33,222 nucleotides of DNA from a virus (taxonomy: Duplodnaviria > Caudoviricetes). The stretch lies in IMG/VR virus record IMGVR_UViG_3300044295_000294, positions 1-33,222 of that record, one strand, 5' to 3'. The notes beneath the pieces are model-generated. The model saw nothing but the letters and a program-made list of their open reading frames with translations, was not told the DNA's origin and searched no databases. How positions within the stretch are numbered: the stretch's first letter is position 1; the number at the start of each line of letters is the position of its first letter. Of the stretch, positions 27,893 to 33,222 are shown in pieces. The position numbers and the translations under genes were made by a program.

Positions 27893-29659
27893 ATGATAAC
27901 AGTCAAGCAAATACTAGAACATTACGATATAGTCACAGACAAAGCCAACAGCAAGGAATTATATCTTGCTGATTTGGCTTCATTTGGTATCATTGAAGAA
28001 TCTAAGATTCCTATGATTAGACGTTCATTGAATAAGAATATCAATGAGATGACTAATGCCGAAAAGAAAAGTCTAGTATCATTGCTTGAAAGTCTGATTG
28101 CAAATGTTGTCGTAGAGAATAGTGGCAAAGCAATGTCATATCCATCAGACAAAGATATGCCAACAGTAATCATTCTCAAAAGAAAGGCTATTCGTGTGTT
28201 TCCTGATAATCAAAAGATTGGACTATATTACTCACAGGCATTGGATAGATATATCTCTATTCCATTTGGTCCTAATGTTAAAGACTTGAGTCCGCAATTG
28301 AATGAAGAAACACTAGATGAAGTTTCGCAAGAACTGGCATCAAGAGCTTATGCAGCACGCATGACCAAGATAAAAGATGTTGAAGATGATTCCAAATTGG
28401 ATGATGCTGCTAAACAAAGATATATCGAAGCACATCAACGTGCACTTGGTCGCCTAAAAACCAGAATGAAAACTCCTATTGATGGAGTTAGATCATGGGC
28501 AGGTAAAGATGCTGTTAAAGCCGCTAAAAAGATTGGTAATAAACAGATAGCCCAAAAACAACAAAATGCGCAAGAATTAAGAAAACTAAAATCAGAAGAA
28601 CCAGGACTATATATGGCGGCTGCAGCAGGACAGGCAACAAGAAATGCAGTTTTATCTCTTATTGGTAAAGGACCAAAAAAACCAAATATATTGCCAAGTT
28701 CCGCTGCCATGAAAATACCTGAACCCGAACCTAAAGCAACAAAATCAGCACCAGCATCAGCACCAGCACCACCAGCATCAGATAAATCACGTGTTGTTGG
28801 TGGAAGTGGAATACCACCTAAAGTAAATAGACCTAAACCTACAAAAGAATCATTCAGAAATAATCTGAATATGATTCGTGAACAAAGACAGTTAGATGAA
28901 GTTAGTTGGGAAGATGTTAAATCTAGCGCTAAAACAGCAGCAGATTTTGTTGCTCCTGGAGTAACAAGTGTTGCTAAAAAAGTAGCAAAAGGTGAAGTGC
29001 CTAGTTTAAGTGATGTTGGTAGTGCTGCGTTAGACGTTGGAACTGGTGTTGCGGGTGTAGCTACAGGTGGCTTAGGTGCTGCAGGAATTAAAGGTGCTAT
29101 TGCTGGTGTTAGAGCATTGAGAGCAGGTAAATCTGTAGGACAAGCAGCAAAGTTTGCAAAACAAAGTGCTTCAAGATCAACAGGATGGAAAATTGCAAAA
29201 GGTATAGGTGGTGCTGTAACAGGTGCTGTAACAGGTGCTGTAAAAGGCGCAGCAAGTTTAGGCGATGCATTTAAAGATGCAACAAAACCATCAGAAACAC
29301 AGTATAATTTTGGTGGTTTAAAACCACAAGTTGCAAGTCCATCTAGAGCAGGATTATCGGGTGGAGATATTACACAAATAAACCAAACAGTTAGAAGTGG
29401 CGGATATCCAAATCAAGCAAGACAAACACCTTTTAATGAATCCAATCTATCTATTCTAAAACAAATAGTAGAAAATGATATTCCTTCACATCAACTTCAA
29501 ATTGGTGAAGAAACAATTTCAATAAATAAAAGCATAGCAAAAAAACTTGTGAATCTTCATGAATCATTAAACAAGCAAAACAAAAAGAAACTAGAACGTA
29601 TGTTGAATGAAGACATTGTTTCTTTTCGTAAAGCAATCAATTTCGTGTTAAAACAGTAG
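27893..29659 (+). CDS. Modular prohead-core/internal protein with conserved-looking termini and variable central modules
   Basis: P.V.ILKRKAIR.FP....I.LYY...L..Y.SIP N-domain and L..IV...A..L..LHE.LN..NK.K...M C-domain, as seen in head-module genes of T4-like phages; repeated LxE sites; Gly/Ala zipper segment. Confidence 0.65.
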   Translation: MITVKQILEHYDIVTDKANSKELYLADLASFGIIEESKIPMIRRSLNKNINEMTNAEKKSLVSLLESLIANVVVENSGKAMSYPSDKDMPTVIILKRKAIRVFPDNQKIGLYYSQALDRYISIPFGPNVKDLSPQLNEETLDEVSQELASRAYAARMTKIKDVEDDSKLDDAAKQRYIEAHQRALGRLKTRMKTPIDGVRSWAGKDAVKAAKKIGNKQIAQKQQNAQELRKLKSEEPGLYMAAAAGQATRNAVLSLIGKGPKKPNILPSSAAMKIPEPEPKATKSAPASAPAPPASDKSRVVGGSGIPPKVNRPKPTKESFRNNLNMIREQRQLDEVSWEDVKSSAKTAADFVAPGVTSVAKKVAKGEVPSLSDVGSAALDVGTGVAGVATGGLGAAGIKGAIAGVRALRAGKSVGQAAKFAKQSASRSTGWKIAKGIGGAVTGAVTGAVKGAASLGDAFKDATKPSETQYNFGGLKPQVASPSRAGLSGGDITQINQTVRSGGYPNQARQTPFNESNLSILKQIVENDIPSHQLQIGEETISINKSIAKKLVNLHESLNKQNKKKLERMLNEDIVSFRKAINFVLKQ

Positions 29660-29665
29660 GAACAT

Positions 29666-30187
29666 ATGGCAAACCTTATTAGAGAACAAAGAATAGTTGA
29701 TACTAATCGTAGAGCACTCATCAAGTATGTTTGTATCTCTGATGGTACTCAGTTTGCAAACACAACATTGATTGATGTTTCAACACTAAGATATGCACTT
29801 AATGCCAATAGTTATATTATGGCATCCAATACACATCCAAGAACAAGTTACAGTACATCTATCAGCAGAATCAAAGGTTCTACAAACATTGGTCCTAATT
29901 CTACAGGATATCTCAAGTTACAGTGGCACGGTGATTCTAATTCAGAAATTATGGTAGTTTCAGATGATTCATTTGATTATTCAGGCGAAGCATGGGGTGG
30001 TGTGGGTGGTGGAACATTTCCCAATCCAGAAGCAAATACAAATGGTGATATTCTAATTTCTACTGTTGGTATGAAGGCAAATGATAACTTCACTTTGTTT
30101 ATTGAAGTGAGAAAAGATGGTAAAGACTATGATCAGGGTCAAACGGCAGACCCAGTAGCATTCAACAGAGGTCCAGCAGCACCATGA
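29666..30187 (+). CDS. Conserved hypothetical head-module protein (predicted beta-rich)
   Basis: 173 aa; SD AGGA; IDVSTL, GDILIST, F.E.RKD...YDQGQTADP.AFN motifs. Confidence 0.7.
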   Translation: MANLIREQRIVDTNRRALIKYVCISDGTQFANTTLIDVSTLRYALNANSYIMASNTHPRTSYSTSISRIKGSTNIGPNSTGYLKLQWHGDSNSEIMVVSDDSFDYSGEAWGGVGGGTFPNPEANTNGDILISTVGMKANDNFTLFIEVRKDGKDYDQGQTADPVAFNRGPAAP

Positions 30188-31131
30188 AAGATTTAGTAGA
30201 AAGCATTATTAACAAAGATTATACAAAAGCTAATGATAATCTTCATGAAGAATTGAAGATTATTGTTGCTCGGAAGCTCAATGAAGCAAAGAAGATGTAT
30301 GCTGCTAAGATGTCTGTCGGTGAACAGTTGAAAGTAGATAAGAATGGTAATTATGATGAAACAGGTGGTAAAGATGTAATTCTATCACATGAAAAGCAAA
30401 AAAGAGGTTTGACTGAAGGTGATGTTGTTGCTTTAGACCCTTCTAAAAGAAAAGATTCAAACAATGTCACGAAACATGTTGGAGAAAAACACACTGTTTT
30501 GAGCAGAGCTGGTCAAATGAGTGTATATGATAATGAAGGAAATCATAAATTTACGATAGATAATGGTAATTCCATGGTAGCTTATCATAAACATTATGAT
30601 AAACATGGTGATGTTGAATCAGCATTGGAGCACATGAGAAATACAACTAATCCATCATATACAAAACCAGAAACTGCTAGTATTGAAACTATGAAAGAAG
30701 AAGCTAAGAAAGCCGCAATGAAAATAATGCAGGAAAAAGTTCGTGCCAGAAATGTAACACCCGAAAAAATCAAAGCAGCACAAGCACATTCTGATGAAAC
30801 TGCCAAAGAAAAGCCAGTTGATCCTGCTGCATTATTTAGAGAAAGAAAATCAAAAACAAAACCAAACTATAATGTTGTTAAATTAAAAGAACAAGTACCA
30901 TCAGCAGAAGATAGTGCCAAAGTTGGTAGAATGGCGCAACAGGCTGCTGATAGTGGACAGGTTAGTGATATTATTAATAAAGATGCTGACTCGGCAAAAG
31001 TAGGTGAACTTGCAAAACAAGAAGTTAAACCTAATTCACCTAAACAGCAACCACTATCTAAACCAGAAGAAAGACCCGGTGTTGTGCCAAGAACAACATT
31101 GAGCCATCCAAAATTTAGGCCTGTAAGATGA
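30184..31131 (+). CDS. Prohead core-like protein: gp67-type N-terminal helix fused to charged extension modules
   Basis: MKDLVESIINKDYTKAND.L...L......KLNEAK resembles gp67; LTE, MQE and LKE putative cleavage sites; internal DSAKVG repeat. Confidence 0.6.
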   Translation: MKDLVESIINKDYTKANDNLHEELKIIVARKLNEAKKMYAAKMSVGEQLKVDKNGNYDETGGKDVILSHEKQKRGLTEGDVVALDPSKRKDSNNVTKHVGEKHTVLSRAGQMSVYDNEGNHKFTIDNGNSMVAYHKHYDKHGDVESALEHMRNTTNPSYTKPETASIETMKEEAKKAAMKIMQEKVRARNVTPEKIKAAQAHSDETAKEKPVDPAALFRERKSKTKPNYNVVKLKEQVPSAEDSAKVGRMAQQAADSGQVSDIINKDADSAKVGELAKQEVKPNSPKQQPLSKPEERPGVVPRTTLSHPKFRPVR

Positions 31132-31394
31132 CAGAAGAAGAACTATTAGAAGCAGTTAGAGTAAAAGTTGTAGCACTCAGAATACGGAATGGTCAGGTGC
31201 AAAGACGCAAAAAAGTTTCTAATGTTCCTGGATTCACTCTTCGTGGTGGTAAGTTGACAAGAATGTCACCCACAGAAAGACGGAGAAGAAAACTAGGTGC
31301 CAAGAGAGCAAAGATTAAGAAGCGTGCCAAGATGCAACAGATACTTCGTAAAAGAACAAGATCAATTCAAAAGAGACAAAGATTAGGATACTAA
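31128..31394 (+). CDS. gp68: Prohead core protein gp68-like (highly basic)
   Basis: RIRNG.VQRRKK.S..PG....GG.L.RMS..E...RK..A.RA..K...KR...G; immediately upstream of gp21. Confidence 0.7.
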   Translation: MTEEELLEAVRVKVVALRIRNGQVQRRKKVSNVPGFTLRGGKLTRMSPTERRRRKLGAKRAKIKKRAKMQQILRKRTRSIQKRQRLGY

Positions 31395-31399
31395 AACCA

Positions 31400-32056
31400 A
31401 TGAAGTTGATAAAAGAAGAGGTTCAAGACGTAAGAGTTGTTATTACCGAAGACAAAGAGTCTGGTAAGAAAACACATTGCATTGAAGGTGTCTTTATGAT
31501 GGCCGAAACAAAGAACAGAAATGGAAGAGTATATCCATACAATGTTCTTTCTAATGAAGTCAATCGTTATAATCAAGAATATGTAAATAAAAATCGTGCA
31601 ATGGGTGAACTAGGACATCCTGATACTCCTTCAATCAATCTAGATCGTGTATCACATATGATTACTAAGTTGTATCCAGATGGTAATAACTTTATTGGAC
31701 GTGCAAAAATTCTAGACACTCCTATGGGCAATACTGTCAAAGGACTTTTAGATGGTGGTGTTACTCTTGGTGTTTCAACAAGAGGTGTTGGATCATTGAA
31801 GCCACATAATGGCTATCAGTTAGTTCAAGATGATTTCAAACTAGCAACCGCTGCTGATATTGTTGCTGATCCATCAGCACCTGATGCTTTTGTCAAAGGT
31901 ATCATGGAAAACTATGACTGGTGGTTGGATAGTTCAACAAACACATGGCAAAAGAAATACATAGAAGAATCAAGAAAGCAAATTAGAACTTTCTCAAAAA
32001 GACAAATAGAAGAAAAAGCTCTAGTTATTTTCAAAAACTATCTTTCTAAATTCTAA
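31400..32056 (+). CDS. gp21: Prohead protease gp21
   Basis: IEGVFM.AE.KNRNGRVY, A.GELGHP (His), LGVSTRGVGSL (Ser), DIVADPSAPDAFV. Confidence 0.96.
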   Translation: MKLIKEEVQDVRVVITEDKESGKKTHCIEGVFMMAETKNRNGRVYPYNVLSNEVNRYNQEYVNKNRAMGELGHPDTPSINLDRVSHMITKLYPDGNNFIGRAKILDTPMGNTVKGLLDGGVTLGVSTRGVGSLKPHNGYQLVQDDFKLATAADIVADPSAPDAFVKGIMENYDWWLDSSTNTWQKKYIEESRKQIRTFSKRQIEEKALVIFKNYLSKF

Positions 32057-32060
32057 GAAT

Positions 32061-32068
32061 TATAAATA
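32061..32068 (+). promoter_or_regulatory. T4-type late promoter TATAAATA for gp22
   Basis: Exact consensus 24 nt upstream of ATG32093; SD AGGAG. Confidence 0.85.
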
Positions 32069-32092
32069 AAGAAAACATAGGAGTTAACAATA

Positions 32093-33222
32093 ATGGCATC
32101 CCTTACTGAAACAGCAAAGAAAGTTCTAATGAAAGAAGGTATGATTCCTTCTGTCAGTTCTTCACAATCTGATCCTGATGCTGGTGCAAAAATGATGACA
32201 CCAAATTCTGCAACATTGCGTCCTGGTTCAAGAGGAATTGAACCAAGATTTGCTAATCCAAATGCACCTGAAGAAGGTGAGTTTGATCAATACGAAGATT
32301 TGGGTGGTCCAGTTACTTCTGTTACCGATCCTAATCCATACGCTAAAGTAAAGTCAAAGAAAGATAAGTCTAAGTCTGCATCTTCTGCTGTTGGTCAAGA
32401 ACCAATGAAAACACAAGGTCAAGGTGTTATGGCTGAAGCCGAAGAAAAGCCTTCTGAAGAAGAAATTAAATCTGCTTATATGGATAGAAAACGTCAAAAG
32501 AGAGACGAACATGAAGCTGAAATGAAAGCCGAAAGAAAGAAGGCCAGTAAAAAAGAAGAAATGGACGAAGAATTTGAAATCTCTGAAGAACTAGAAGCAT
32601 TTATTGAAGAGATGGTTGAAGAAGGCTATTCAGACGAAGAAATTGCTGAAGCCATTGAAGAAAACTTTGAACTCGTTGAAGAAAAAGAAGAAGACGAGAA
32701 AGAAGAAAAAGGTGAAAAAGAAGAAAAGAAAGAAATGAAGGAAGCATGGTCCAAGAAGATGATGAAGGAACATGTTGATGCACTGCTAGCTGGTGAAAAT
32801 CTTTCTGAAGATTTCCGTGTCAAGGCAGAAACAATCTTTGAATCAGCAGTTTCTACAAGAGTACAAGAAGAAGTTGAAGTTCTTGAAGAAGCATATGCTA
32901 AGTCTCTTGAAGAAGAAGTTACACAAATTCATGAACAACTCATTGAACAAGTTGATGCATATCTTAACTATGCTATTGAGCATTGGGTATCTGAAAACGA
33001 AGTTGCTATTGAATCAGGACTTCGTTCAGAACTAACAGAAGACTTTATTTCAGGTCTTCGTAATCTATTTGCCGAACATTATATTGATGTACCAGAAGAA
33101 AAAGTTAATGTTCTTGAATCAATGAGCAATAAGCTAGAGAAGATTGAATCTAGACTTAATGAAGAAATTGAAAAGAATGTTTCTCTCACTCAAATGATCA
33201 ATGAATCAAAGCAAACAGAAAT
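32093..33222 (+). CDS. gp22: Prohead core scaffolding protein gp22 (3'-truncated; missing from the ORF track)
   Basis: Open frame from ATG32093 to the window end: MASLTETAKKVL...EDLGGP...acidic region...LSEDFRVKAETIFESAV...VDAYLNYAIEHWVSENEVAIESGLRSELTEDFISGLRNLFAEHYIDVPEEK. Confidence 0.93.
   Translation, partial: MASLTETAKKVLMKEGMIPSVSSSQSDPDAGAKMMTPNSATLRPGSRGIEPRFANPNAPEEGEFDQYEDLGGPVTSVTDPNPYAKVKSKKDKSKSASSAVGQEPMKTQGQGVMAEAEEKPSEEEIKSAYMDRKRQKRDEHEAEMKAERKKASKKEEMDEEFEISEELEAFIEEMVEEGYSDEEIAEAIEENFELVEEKEEDEKEEKGEKEEKKEMKEAWSKKMMKEHVDALLAGENLSEDFRVKAETIFESAVSTRVQEEVEVLEEAYAKSLEEEVTQIHEQLIEQVDAYLNYAIEHWVSENEVAIESGLRSELTEDFISGLRNLFAEHYIDVPEEKVNVLESMSNKLEKIESRLNEEIEKNVSLTQMINESKQTE

Overview
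An AT-rich 33-kb segment of a large T4-like myovirus genome (T4 superfamily, resembling uncultured aquatic T4-like phages), almost entirely on the + strand. The left part (1-14.8 kb) is a baseplate and tail-fibre region. It holds a 5'-truncated VrlC/DUF4815-like virion protein, several fibre genes sharing a 19-aa Gly/Ala/Asn repeat, and a glycine-rich gp38-type adhesin. Accessory genes are interleaved: two paralogous PP-loop (SGGxDS) enzymes and an inverted two-gene unit (2OG-Fe(II) oxygenase plus a TctC/Bug periplasmic binding protein). The right part (14.8-33.2 kb) is the T4 neck-tail-head core, gp13-14-15-16-17-18-19-20-67-68-21-22, with T4-type late promoters. Two free-standing GIY-YIG homing endonucleases interrupt the core, each with a predicted start-codon-sequestering hairpin. 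Putative head-packaged cargo genes also interrupt it: capsid-targeting-like N-termini, a GcrA-like tandem HTH protein, an Alt/VIP2-like ADP-ribosyltransferase, and modular proteins with gp21-type cleavage sites. The main leads are (i) a repeated 'variable surface protein + small ORF + PP-loop enzyme' architecture suggesting virion-protein tailoring, (ii) injected effector polyproteins, (iii) an apparent ATA start of gp14 that also forms the endonuclease stop codon, and (iv) a near-consensus sigma70 promoter antisense to the terminase gene. All family calls come from motif recognition by eye; no searches were run.
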